Source of the DNA: a virus
Lineage: Duplodnaviria > Caudoviricetes
Virus record (IMG/VR): IMGVR_UViG_2645728093_000001
Coordinates: 1 to 64,000 of that record
Direction: 5' to 3' (one strand)
Length of the DNA stretch: 64,000 bases
Shown here: in pieces, positions 18,433 through 27,387 of the stretch
Numbering within the stretch: position 1 is the stretch's first letter
Layout: the number at the start of each line of letters is the position of its first letter
Position numbers and translations under genes: made by a program
Notes under the pieces: model-generated
Databases searched by the model: none
The model's input: the letters and a program-made list of their open reading frames with translations, nothing else
Told to the model about the DNA's origin: nothing

Positions 18433-19169
18433 TCGACCGGTCTCGTCAGAAGTTTTGGCTGATGCTTCCGGCCGGCCTTTCGCCGCTCCGCGCGCTTAAC
18501 CTGGTGCGCCGGGAAGCGGCAGAAGATTTCACCGATCCACTCGAGCCGAACGTCCTCTATCGGATTGGAACCGTCCGAGCTGTGAAGATCGACCGTACGG
18601 CGGCTGCGACCTCGCATGATCTTCTTCAGAAGTCGGCGCCCATCGCTGGTCCGGACGACCGCGTCCTCACCGTAGAACGTGTCGAGGGGGCGGGTTGGCT
18701 CGGCGTAGACGACGACGATCTCGCCGGGTGCGAAGGCCGGCCGCATGGATTCGCCTCTCACCTCGAACGCCAGCATCTCGGCGGGCGGAGCGAAGGGAAT
18801 TTCGATCTGAAAGAGCCCATCCGGAGGGACCTGCTCGTAGTCGGGGTCGATAACGGCGCCCGCGCCGACGTAACCGACGCCCCGGATCGAGTGGACCTCC
18901 TCGAAGGTTGCCTCGATCGCATCATCGCCATCGCCGTAGTGAATCTCCCGAGCCGTCACCTTGACGCCAAGTGATCGGAAGCGACTGACGTACCTCTGGG
19001 CATCGTCGTAGCCGATCGTGCGTGTTCCAGCCTCGTGAGCTCGATAGGTGCTCTCCGGCCAGCCGAACTCAATCGCCGCGGCGCGCGCCGAGCGAAAGCC
19101 GGCCTCAAGCCTGGCGGCAGCCAGACGCCGGCCCTGTTCCTTGGCGGCGCGATCGTTTTTCTGTGCCAT
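18429..19169 (-). CDS. CI-like repressor (HTH + S24 peptidase)
   Basis: N-terminal HTH (RLAAARLEAGF...WPESTYRAHEAGTR); VRGESM serine and LLKK lysine. Confidence 0.9.
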   Translation of the reverse strand: MAQKNDRAAKEQGRRLAAARLEAGFRSARAAAIEFGWPESTYRAHEAGTRTIGYDDAQRYVSRFRSLGVKVTAREIHYGDGDDAIEATFEEVHSIRGVGYVGAGAVIDPDYEQVPPDGLFQIEIPFAPPAEMLAFEVRGESMRPAFAPGEIVVVYAEPTRPLDTFYGEDAVVRTSDGRRLLKKIMRGRSRRTVDLHSSDGSNPIEDVRLEWIGEIFCRFPAHQVKRAERRKAGRKHQPKLLTRPVE

Positions 19170-19235
19170 AGCACACAGTGTAGCGACAGGAACGCTACAT
19201 GCCGTGTTGACTATCATCGCTACCTCATGTAGCGA
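19168..19235. promoter_or_regulatory. OR: three operators between cI and cro
   Basis: Perfect TCGCTAC-N5-GTAGCGA at 19217, ACGCTAC-N5-GTGTTGA at 19192, partial site at 19168; TTGACT at 19207. Confidence 0.85.
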
Positions 19236-19245
19236 TTTGGGCATC

Positions 19246-19524
19246 ATGACCGATGCTCCGCAGACTGAACCCCTCGTCCCGCAAAGCCACTCGGACGTCA
19301 TCGACGCCTTCGGCGGCCCCGTGAAGTTCGGGACCGCGGTCGGCATCAAGGACAGCCATGCCCGCACGATGAAGGCCCGGGACTCGATCCCGAGTGTCCG
19401 CTGGACGGATGTTGTCGCGGCGGCGGAGCGCGAGGGCATCGCGCTCATCACGCTGCAACTCTTGGCCGACCTGGATGCCGCGAAGCTGAAGACGAAGGCT
19501 GCCGAGAGCGAGGGTGCGTCCTAA
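19246..19524 (+). CDS. Cro-like protein
   Basis: Divergent from cI; DVIDAFGGP...MKARDSIP..RW. Confidence 0.8.
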   Translation: MTDAPQTEPLVPQSHSDVIDAFGGPVKFGTAVGIKDSHARTMKARDSIPSVRWTDVVAAAEREGIALITLQLLADLDAAKLKTKAAESEGAS

Positions 19525-19811
19525 TGGCCTGTGCGACGCTTCATCTCGGTGAGCGTATCCGGCGATGGATGCCAGGGGGCAGCATTCGCTGTAATTCCGC
19601 GCAGAGCGAACTGAAGCGTGTCGGGCACCTTGTCGATCGGCATGACGAGCTTCGAGACGACGAGATGTTCCGAACCCACGCCGCCGAGCGAGTCCTGGGC
19701 AGCGTAGAACCAAAACCGCACACAAGATCCGAGAATCTCTACCTTCCCGATCCCAGTTGCAAAAATGTCGGCGTGCGCGGTCAGTTCCACAAGTTGAATC
19801 TCGTCGCCCAT
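19521..19811 (-). CDS. Hypothetical accessory protein
   Basis: Starts MGDEIQLVEL; preceded by an AT-richer leader; opposite to the operon. Confidence 0.55.
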   Translation of the reverse strand: MGDEIQLVELTAHADIFATGIGKVEILGSCVRFWFYAAQDSLGGVGSEHLVVSKLVMPIDKVPDTLQFALRGITANAAPWHPSPDTLTEMKRRTGH

Positions 19812-19977
19812 TGTACTTCCCCAAGTGTTTTTGTTCTGTGGGTGCACAAGAGTACAGATACACGCAGACGTGGACCCCTATTTTCGTTGGTAGGTATTTG
19901 CACTTACGGACATTTCCCAAGACGACTCGCTGTTCGTCTTTACGGAAAATTCTCATCTCGACTTGAGCGGGTGACAT

Positions 19978-20328
19978 CTACGTGTGCAACCGAGGTGTTG
20001 CGCGTAGTGCGGATGCCTTCGCAGACAGCCGGCCGGCCTGGTCGAGCAACTCGGGCGCACGGATCGCCCAATGCGTATCGGTCCTGCCGCTCGCATGCAT
20101 CAGCAACTTTTCGGAAAGGCGGTCGAGCATGACCGCCGCGCATCCTCTCGGCACCAATCCGCTGTCGATCAGCATCTGCACGATCGCGTCGAAGGACTCC
20201 TCCGCGATCAGCATGCGCGTTCCCGCCAGGGCGGCGCGCGCCCAGTCGTCGTCTTTTGTCGTCGTCGTCGTCGGCGCCGTCGTGGCGTCGGCAAAATTTT
20301 TCAGTGCAGCGTAGGGAGGTTTCAGCAT
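19978..20328 (-). CDS. Hypothetical protein
   Basis: Plausible helical ORF; start uncertain. Confidence 0.4.
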   Translation of the reverse strand: MLKPPYAALKNFADATTAPTTTTTKDDDWARAALAGTRMLIAEESFDAIVQMLIDSGLVPRGCAAVMLDRLSEKLLMHASGRTDTHWAIRAPELLDQAGRLSAKASALRATPRLHT

Positions 20329-20746
20329 GGGAACATTGTCACTCGACCTTTTGCAGCGTGCAAACAGAAGCGCTGAACAGTCGTTCGGTACACCGCGAAC
20401 GAACGTGCGATGCGCGAAAATGACGTCTGAAATCATGCGGTTGGCATACAAGCTGATCGCCGGGACGCGCAAAAACCTCGCCGAGCAGGCGAAGGTTTCT
20501 ATTCGGACGATCGACAATTGGAAAAGCGGGGACCGCACCGTTCGTCTCGAGGAACTGTTTCATCTTCTCGATGGCCCCGAGGGTGTCGCGTTCTTCCAGG
20601 CGTTCTGGGACCAAGTCCCAGAGTCGACCCGCGAGCGCTGGATCAAAGGCGAAATACTTCGCCGGCGCCTGGCCGAACGCGCGCTCGAGCGCGACCGCGA
20701 GGATCGCGAGATTGAACAACTTCGCATGGAATTGAGTGGGCGCTGA
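20327..20746 (+). CDS. HTH regulator (CII position)
   Basis: KNLAEQAKVSIRTIDNWKSG HTH; start could be 20420. Confidence 0.65.
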   Translation: MGTLSLDLLQRANRSAEQSFGTPRTNVRCAKMTSEIMRLAYKLIAGTRKNLAEQAKVSIRTIDNWKSGDRTVRLEELFHLLDGPEGVAFFQAFWDQVPESTRERWIKGEILRRRLAERALERDREDREIEQLRMELSGR

Positions 20747-20797
20747 CGGCGTGCGTGCCGCGCGTCACGCGGCGACTTCTGCATCACAGGCTTCGAC

Positions 20798-20995
20798 GTG
20801 TTCAATCTTCTAGCCGATTTTGCCAATGGTCTTGGGTATCTCTGCGCCGATTGGGCTGACTATCAGTCGGCGGCTTCCAAGCGCTGGGTTCGTCGCGGCC
20901 AGTATTGCCGCGACGTCGAGCTGTGGTTCCGGCTGCGCTGCTCGAAGCCGTTCGCCGAGATCCGCGCGGAAAGGTCATCGCGATGCCAGCCCTGA
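20798..20995 (+). CDS. Hypothetical protein
   Basis: Short ORF overlapping the gcrA start. Confidence 0.4.
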   Translation: MFNLLADFANGLGYLCADWADYQSAASKRWVRRGQYCRDVELWFRLRCSKPFAEIRAERSSRCQP

Positions 20996-21588
20996 CCTGG
21001 TCCGACGATCGCGTCGAGCAGTTGAAGAAGTTGTGGGAGGCGGGACTATCGGCCAGCCAGATGGCGGCCGAGATCGGCAACGTCACCCGCAACGCCGTGA
21101 TCGGAAAGATCCATCGCCTTGGGCTCAGTGGCCGCACGAAGGGACACGAGACGAAGCCAAGGAAATCACGGACGCCGCGCCCGTCGTCGCCGGCGCCTTC
21201 CCGCCGCGTCCTTGCGCTCCGCCAGGCTATCGACGCAGCTTCCGATGACACGCATGCCGCCAACCTCGAGGCTGCCGCCGAGTTCGATCCGGCGGCCATC
21301 TCGGTTTCCGATGCAGAGATCCCAGCCGAGGTGCGGGTGAAGTCGATCCTCGACCTCGGGGATGGGGACTGCCGCTTTCCAATCGGAGAGGTCGGCACCG
21401 AGGCGTTCTACTTCTGCGGCCGCGGCGGCAGGAAGCTTGATGGCCTGCCGTACTGCGCCCGGCATGCCCGTATCGCTTACACGAGCCCCGCGGAGCGTCG
21501 CGCCAGCATCTCGGACGCCGAGCTCGAGCGCCGCGCCGCCCTCGGCCGTCGCATGGCCGCGCGTGGTCGAAGCGGGAGGGCGGCATGA
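20983..21588 (+). CDS. gcrA: GcrA-family cell-cycle regulator homologue
   Basis: WSDDRVEQLKKLWEAGLSASQMAAEIGNVTRNAVIGKIHRLGLSGR and CRFPIG...FCG...PYCARHARIAY. Confidence 0.9.
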   Translation: MPALTWSDDRVEQLKKLWEAGLSASQMAAEIGNVTRNAVIGKIHRLGLSGRTKGHETKPRKSRTPRPSSPAPSRRVLALRQAIDAASDDTHAANLEAAAEFDPAAISVSDAEIPAEVRVKSILDLGDGDCRFPIGEVGTEAFYFCGRGGRKLDGLPYCARHARIAYTSPAERRASISDAELERRAALGRRMAARGRSGRAA

Positions 21589-21815
21589 GCCAGGTCATGC
21601 TCGATTATGCCCGCAAGGAGATCATCTGCTCGCTCGCGATCGTCGAGGCTGCCGGCGGCAAGGACGTCGCGAACCTGATGGTCGAGGCGCACCTCCAGGC
21701 GCTGTCAACCTATCTCCGCGGCTCGATCGGCTCGGAGGCTGCGTTCGAGGTCTTCTCGCGCTACGCGGACGAGATCATCAGGCCGACGGTTGATGCCAGG
21801 GCGGTGCGGTCGTGA
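21585..21815 (+). CDS. Hypothetical protein
   Basis: Coupled ORF. Confidence 0.55.
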   Translation: MSQVMLDYARKEIICSLAIVEAAGGKDVANLMVEAHLQALSTYLRGSIGSEAAFEVFSRYADEIIRPTVDARAVRS

Positions 21816-22156
21816 CGCACGGTCTCACACCCAAACAGGCGGAGGTGTTTGGCTTCATCCGAACCCGGATCATGGAGACCGGGGTTTCACCGACCTATGC
21901 CGAGATCATGTCCGCGACAGGGTTGATGGCGAAAAGCCACGTCAACCGCATCGTGGTTGGGCTTGAGCAGCGCGGCGCAATTGTTCGCCTCGCAAGGAAG
22001 ACGCGATCGATAGGGCTCGTCGACGGCATCACGGTTAATCCCCATCCCGAGGTGCGCCGCGCGATCGACACTTATGCGGCTGAGCACAACATCAGTGTCG
22101 AGACCGCGTGCCATGAGGCGCTGCGCGCCTATTTCGTGGAGGCGGCGGCGCAATGA
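21812..22156 (+). CDS. LexA N-terminal-like DNA-binding protein
   Basis: LTPKQAEVFGFI...GVSPTYAEI...LEQRGAI; no peptidase domain. Confidence 0.8.
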   Translation: MTHGLTPKQAEVFGFIRTRIMETGVSPTYAEIMSATGLMAKSHVNRIVVGLEQRGAIVRLARKTRSIGLVDGITVNPHPEVRRAIDTYAAEHNISVETACHEALRAYFVEAAAQ

Positions 22157-22770
22157 GCGGCTGGTTCTTCGATCCTCTGCTTCCGTTCTGCGCTGACGTC
22201 GTCGACCCCCCGACGGAGTTCAAGTTGCGGTCTGAGAACGGCAACAAGAAATCCGCGTCGGCGCAATATGACATCATGTCGTGGGATGACCTTGCCAAGC
22301 TACCGGTGGGGCATCTCGTTCGAGGCAACGGCATCATCACGCTCTGGGCCTGCCCGCCAACCCTCGACCAATCAATGTGGTTGTTGAAGCAGTGGGGAGC
22401 GCGTTTCAAGACCGAGTTGGTGTGGCCGAAGGGGCGCATGGGTACCGGGTACCGCTCGCGCGCGATGCACGAGTCGGTTTTGCTCGGCGTATTCGGCGAC
22501 GAACATCAGATCCACGACGCACTGTATGGCGTGATCAAGGGCAAGGCGCGCGGGCATAGCCAGAAGCCGCGTGAGTGGTACGCGCACCTCCGCAAGAAAA
22601 CGCCGGGCCTCGACCGGTTGTGCCTGTTCTCGCGCGAGAGCCACGAGGGCTTCACGCATTGGGGCAACGAGGTCGGCACCGTCGCAGTCGGCGCGAGCGT
22701 GCCTCCACGCCGAAAGAAGGAGAAGCCGACCGCGGCGGCCCCGCTCTTCGATGAAGGAGCGGCGGCGTAA
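22153..22770 (+). CDS. MT-A70 family adenine methyltransferase
   Basis: DPP, Y..MS...LAKLPV, LW, WG..FKT..VW.K, MGTGY..R...E, HSQKP, LFSRE...WGNE. Confidence 0.8.
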   Translation: MSGWFFDPLLPFCADVVDPPTEFKLRSENGNKKSASAQYDIMSWDDLAKLPVGHLVRGNGIITLWACPPTLDQSMWLLKQWGARFKTELVWPKGRMGTGYRSRAMHESVLLGVFGDEHQIHDALYGVIKGKARGHSQKPREWYAHLRKKTPGLDRLCLFSRESHEGFTHWGNEVGTVAVGASVPPRRKKEKPTAAAPLFDEGAAA

Positions 22771-22819
22771 TCGACACCAATTCCCCCTCAGCAAGTGACT
22801 ATCAGAACCGGAGAAGGAC

Positions 22820-23386
22820 ATGACGACAGCCCAGCAGAACGAGCCGACCCAACAAGCCCTCGATGCCTTCAATCTCGCCCGCATCCGTGCGGCACAGAAG
22901 GAAGCCGAATCCGTCAACGAGACCAACAACAGCGCGAAGAACAAGCTCCGCGGTGTTTTCGCGATCACGCAGGGGCAGGGCCTGCACAACGATGCCGCTC
23001 GCGAGGCGCTGAAGCTGGTCGAGGGTGGCGAGGCCGACATCGACGCCTTTTGCGAGAAGGTCCGCAAGATTGGTGTGTATGTCGGATTCCTCGGCAAGAC
23101 CCTGACGCCGCGGCAGTACGAGCTCTTCGGCATGCCGGCGGCAGGTCCGGCGCCTGAGGACGAGCGCGCCGAGAACGAAGGCCGCGCCGCAGGCTTCCGG
23201 ATGGACGACGAGGCTGGCTCGAAGGAGCAGGACAATCCGTACGAGGTCGGCTCGCAGAAAGGCCAGGCCTGGATCAAGGGATTCCGGAAGGGGCGTCCGG
23301 AGCGCAACACGCTGCTGTCGATGCAGAAGACTGAGCCGGTGCCCGGTGCCACTGCAGGCGACGCGAGGAGCGGCGAGGCGTCATGA
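22820..23386 (+). CDS. Hypothetical protein (GapR-like N-terminus; NPY...AW..GF C-terminal motif)
   Basis: Good ribosome site; motif resemblance is weak. Confidence 0.55.
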   Translation: MTTAQQNEPTQQALDAFNLARIRAAQKEAESVNETNNSAKNKLRGVFAITQGQGLHNDAAREALKLVEGGEADIDAFCEKVRKIGVYVGFLGKTLTPRQYELFGMPAAGPAPEDERAENEGRAAGFRMDDEAGSKEQDNPYEVGSQKGQAWIKGFRKGRPERNTLLSMQKTEPVPGATAGDARSGEAS

Positions 23387-24030
23387 TCCTGGCGGGCCTC
23401 GATACCGGCACGACGTCGGGACTCGGATTGATCCGAGGTGATCGGCTGATCCATGCCGAGTCCCGCCATTTTGACGGCGAGGACCCCGAGGCCTTCTTCA
23501 AGTATTCGCGCTGGCTCGATGAGGTCTTCCAGCGGTTTGACATCGCCGAGCTCGCCTTCGAGTCGCCGTTGCGCACCAACTCAACAGTGAAAACCGAAGA
23601 GATCGTCGATGACGAGCTCGTCAAGACCGAGCGGCCGATCGGCAACATGCGCACCTTCTTGCGCCTGTATGGCATCCGCGGTTGCACGCTCCTCGCGCTC
23701 CAGCGACACAAGGTCCGTCGTGCAGAGGCGGGCAGCGATTTCAACTTCCGCGAGGTCAACGTTCGAACCTGGCGCTCGCGGGTCTTTGGAAAGATCAGCC
23801 CGCCGGACACGGCCATCAATCGCTCGGCTTGGTGGAAGGAACAGGCGCTCGGCCGCTGCAAGATCCTGCAGTGGCCCGTCACGCAGAAGGACGCGGCCGA
23901 GGGCGCGATGATCGCGGAGTGGCTTCGCATCGCCGTGAAGGAAGAGCGCCTCGGAATTAAGGAGCGGAACGGAGAGCCGGATCTCTTCGAACCGCGGCAA
24001 ACCGAAACACGAAAGGAGACTCCGTTTTGA
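23383..24030 (+). CDS. RuvC-like Holliday junction resolvase
   Basis: ILAGLDTGTTSG, LAFE.P, V..RTWR and DAAEG motifs. Confidence 0.65.
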   Translation: MILAGLDTGTTSGLGLIRGDRLIHAESRHFDGEDPEAFFKYSRWLDEVFQRFDIAELAFESPLRTNSTVKTEEIVDDELVKTERPIGNMRTFLRLYGIRGCTLLALQRHKVRRAEAGSDFNFREVNVRTWRSRVFGKISPPDTAINRSAWWKEQALGRCKILQWPVTQKDAAEGAMIAEWLRIAVKEERLGIKERNGEPDLFEPRQTETRKETPF

Positions 24031-25154
24031 GCCAAGCATTCAAGGCAATCGTAGAGCAGGCGTCCCTCGTCAAGGCTCTTGCCCGCATCAAGAGTGTTGT
24101 CGAAAAGCGCAACACGATCCCGATCCTCAGCAACGTCCTGATCGAGGTCGAGCAGGACAAGCTCCGCATGAAGGCGACGGACCTCGATCTCGAGGTGATC
24201 GACGTCGTGCCGGCTCAGGTTGCCGCGAAAGGCACCGCGACGGTCCCGGCTAGTCTCCTGAACGACATTGTCCGTAAGATGCCGACGGGATCGCAGATCA
24301 CGCTGGAGCAGAATGACGCCGCCAATACCGTGGCTGTGAAGTCTGGCCGGTTCCGCTCCACGCTCCAGACGCTGCCGCCTCAGGACTTCCCCGATCTCAG
24401 CGCTGGAGACCTGACCCACAGCTTCGCGCTTACGGGCGCGAATCTTCACCGGCTGATCCAGCGTGTCGAGTTCGCGATCTCGACCGAGGAGACGCGGTAC
24501 TATCTCAACGGCATCTATCTTCACACCCGCAAGGACGGTAACCGCCACACGCTCCGCGGTGTCGCGACCGACGGTCACCGCTTGGCCCGCCTGGATGTCG
24601 ATTTGCCGGAGGGTGCCACCGGCATGCCTGGCATCATCATCCCGCGGAAGACCGTCACGGAAGTCAAAAACCTGTTCAACGTCGGGGACCAGGAAGTCCA
24701 GATCGAACTCAGCCAGAATAAGATCCGGTTCATTGCCGGCGACCTTGTCCTGACGTCGAAGCTTATCGATGGGCAGTTCCCCGACTATGACCGCGTGATC
24801 CCGCAGAACAATGATCGCGTTCTGAAGGTGCCGCGGTCCGAGTTCTCGGCCGCAGCGGATCGTGTCGCGACCATTTCGAGCGAGCGCGGCCGGGCCGTGA
24901 AGGTCTCGCTGACCGGCGGAAAGATCACGTTGACGGTCAGCAACCCCGATGCCGGCAGCGCGGTAGACGAACTCGATGCGGAGTATTCCGCCGACAGCAT
25001 GGAAATCGGCTTCAATAGCCGGTACCTGCACGAGATCGTCACCCAGGTGCAGGGCGATAGCCTCGAGGTGAACCTCGCCGACCCTGGCTCGCCGACGCTG
25101 TTCAAGGGCAGCGACACGGATGCGCTCTACGTCCTCATGCCGATGAGGGTGTAG
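24027..25154 (+). CDS. dnaN: DNA polymerase III beta sliding clamp
   Basis: VEKRNTIPILSNVL, ATDLDL, STEETRYYLNGIY, VATDGHRLA, SKLIDGQFPDY, YVLMPMRV. Confidence 0.97.
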   Translation: MSQAFKAIVEQASLVKALARIKSVVEKRNTIPILSNVLIEVEQDKLRMKATDLDLEVIDVVPAQVAAKGTATVPASLLNDIVRKMPTGSQITLEQNDAANTVAVKSGRFRSTLQTLPPQDFPDLSAGDLTHSFALTGANLHRLIQRVEFAISTEETRYYLNGIYLHTRKDGNRHTLRGVATDGHRLARLDVDLPEGATGMPGIIIPRKTVTEVKNLFNVGDQEVQIELSQNKIRFIAGDLVLTSKLIDGQFPDYDRVIPQNNDRVLKVPRSEFSAAADRVATISSERGRAVKVSLTGGKITLTVSNPDAGSAVDELDAEYSADSMEIGFNSRYLHEIVTQVQGDSLEVNLADPGSPTLFKGSDTDALYVLMPMRV

Positions 25155-25159
25155 ACGAG

Positions 25160-25384
25160 ATGGCTGTTGATCATGATGCGCGCGCGCTGGAGCGGGAGCT
25201 TCAGCGCATCTTCGAAAGCCACGGTGTCCCGACCACGGAGATCGAGGGCGTCCATCACGTCGGGCTGTGCTCGACACGCCAGGTCGGTGACAAGGGTGGG
25301 CGCTACGTCCCGAGCATGCCGTCGAAGTCGGCCGCTGTCGCTCTGCCGACGCTGGCCAAGGACATTCTGGAGGCGCTTCGTTGA
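25160..25384 (+). CDS. Hypothetical protein
   Basis: Short coupled ORF. Confidence 0.45.
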   Translation: MAVDHDARALERELQRIFESHGVPTTEIEGVHHVGLCSTRQVGDKGGRYVPSMPSKSAAVALPTLAKDILEALR

Positions 25385-27315
25385 GAAAGCGCAAGATCCT
25401 TGTTGCCGATCTTCTATGCGGGGCGGGCGGAAGCTCGACGGGTTGCGAGCGCGCATTGCGTGAGCTCGGCCTCGAGATGGAGTTGGTTTGCGTAAACCAT
25501 TGGCAGACCGCGATCGACACCCACAAACTCAACCATCCGGCGGCGCGCCATGTGGTCCAGGACATCGCCTCGGTCCGCCCGCATATCCTGGTGCCTGAGG
25601 GCTATCTCGATCTGCTGATGGCGTCGCCGAGCTGCACGCATCACAGCGTTGCGCGTGGCGGCAAGCCTACATCGGATCAGCAGCGCTCCGATCCCTGGCA
25701 TATCATCACCTGGCTGACCGAGCTCCGCGTCAAGCGCCTCATCGTCGAGAACGTCTGGGAGTTCACATCCTGGGGGCCGGTCGATGCCCGCACCGGCAAG
25801 CCGATCAAGTCGCGCAAAGGCGAGTATTTTCGGGCTTGGATCAACACGATCCGGGCACTCGGTTTCGAGCCAGAGTGGCGCAAACTTAACGCCGCCGATT
25901 ACGGTGACGCCACGACGCGCCAGCGATTCATCCTGATGGCCAGGAATGATGGGCGCTCGGTCTCTTGGCCGATGCCAACGCACATCAAGGCCAGCCCCGA
26001 CAAGCTTCTTTTCCTCGGCATGAAGCCGTGGCGGCCGGCCCGCGACATCATCGACTGGGATCTCAAGGGACGATCTATCTTCGGTCGCAAGAAGCCGCTG
26101 GCACCAAAGACGCTCGCCCGCATCTATGCAGGTGCCGTCAAGTTCGGCTGGCCTGATCCATTCCTTGTCATCCTGCGCAACCACATGGACGGCAAGAGTG
26201 TGGATGGCCCGCTGCCGACTATCGCCGCCAACGGGACACATATCGGGATCGCCCAGCCGACCATCAACGGCGAGATCGTCCCCAGTTTCGAGGAATGGTT
26301 CGCGGACACTAAGACGCTCGGGGGATCTCGCGAGGAATATGATCGGCTCTATCCGGTGCCGTTCGTCATGGCGCCAGGCAGCAGCGGTGCACCGCGTGCA
26401 ACCCATGATCCGTTGCCCACCATCACGACCGGCGGCGCGGGAGTGGAGGAGCGGCCGGGCTGTGCGAGGCCCATGCTGGTCGAGCCTTTCATCCTTAACC
26501 GGCACGGTGACAACGGTGGCAACCGCGCCCATGGCATCGACGCGCCGGCGCCGACGGCCAATTGTGATGGTGGCGGCTATCTCGTTGAGCCGTTCATCCT
26601 CTCCAGGCACGCCGAGGGCGCGCCGCGCTCGGTCGACGAGCCGACGCCAACTCAGGTAGCGAAACAGAGCCACATCCTGATCTCGCCCTATTACGGTTCT
26701 GGATCCGGCGAGACCTGCCAATCGGCCGAGGAGCCGCTCCCGACTGTGACCTCCAAGGGCAGGTTTGGCATGGTGGTGCCGGTCACCCACACCCATGGCG
26801 GCAACGCCGCGCGCGATGTCGCCGACCCACTTCCAACGCTGACAACCGCGAAGGGTGGCGAGTTCGCGATGGTCATGCCGGTAACCCATGCCGATCGGTC
26901 GGACCGAGTCCGCGACCCTGCCGAGGATCCGCTGCCCACCGTCACCGGCGCCAACCGCGGCGAGCTCGCGTTCATCGCGGCGCAATTTGGTGAGCGGGAA
27001 GGGCAGGCCCCGCGTGTCCATGACGTCGAGCAGCCCACCCCGGCGATCTGCGCAACGGGCCACATCAACCTGGTCGAGGCGACGCCGCAGTTCGACATCC
27101 TGTTCCGGATGCTGGAGCCGCACGAGCTCGCCGCGGCGATGGGCTTCAACAGCGAGGAAGCTGATTACGAATTCGCCGGCACCAAGACCGAGAAGATCAA
27201 GCAGATTGGAAACGCGGTATCGGTTGCGAAGATGAGAGCCTGCGTGTCCGCCATCATGGGGGACGCTGCCGCCATTGAACAGACGAAGCCAAGCCAGCGA
27301 CGGGCCGTCGCGTAA
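25381..27315 (+). CDS. DNA cytosine-C5 methyltransferase with repeated variable region
   Basis: DLLCGAGG, ASPSC, ENV, RQRF, RML.P.EL..AMGF and KQIGNAV motifs. Confidence 0.92.
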   Translation: MRKRKILVADLLCGAGGSSTGCERALRELGLEMELVCVNHWQTAIDTHKLNHPAARHVVQDIASVRPHILVPEGYLDLLMASPSCTHHSVARGGKPTSDQQRSDPWHIITWLTELRVKRLIVENVWEFTSWGPVDARTGKPIKSRKGEYFRAWINTIRALGFEPEWRKLNAADYGDATTRQRFILMARNDGRSVSWPMPTHIKASPDKLLFLGMKPWRPARDIIDWDLKGRSIFGRKKPLAPKTLARIYAGAVKFGWPDPFLVILRNHMDGKSVDGPLPTIAANGTHIGIAQPTINGEIVPSFEEWFADTKTLGGSREEYDRLYPVPFVMAPGSSGAPRATHDPLPTITTGGAGVEERPGCARPMLVEPFILNRHGDNGGNRAHGIDAPAPTANCDGGGYLVEPFILSRHAEGAPRSVDEPTPTQVAKQSHILISPYYGSGSGETCQSAEEPLPTVTSKGRFGMVVPVTHTHGGNAARDVADPLPTLTTAKGGEFAMVMPVTHADRSDRVRDPAEDPLPTVTGANRGELAFIAAQFGEREGQAPRVHDVEQPTPAICATGHINLVEATPQFDILFRMLEPHELAAAMGFNSEEADYEFAGTKTEKIKQIGNAVSVAKMRACVSAIMGDAAAIEQTKPSQRRAVA

Positions 27316-27387
27316 TAGGCCAGGGAAAAGCACTTCAGGCGAGAGAACCTCGCCTGAAAAAATTTTGGGCGGACAACGAATTTCAAG

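Noticed and set aside
24027-25154. dnaN as the host chromosomal locus
   Set aside because: It is translationally coupled to phage genes and has no dnaA/recF/gyrB context.
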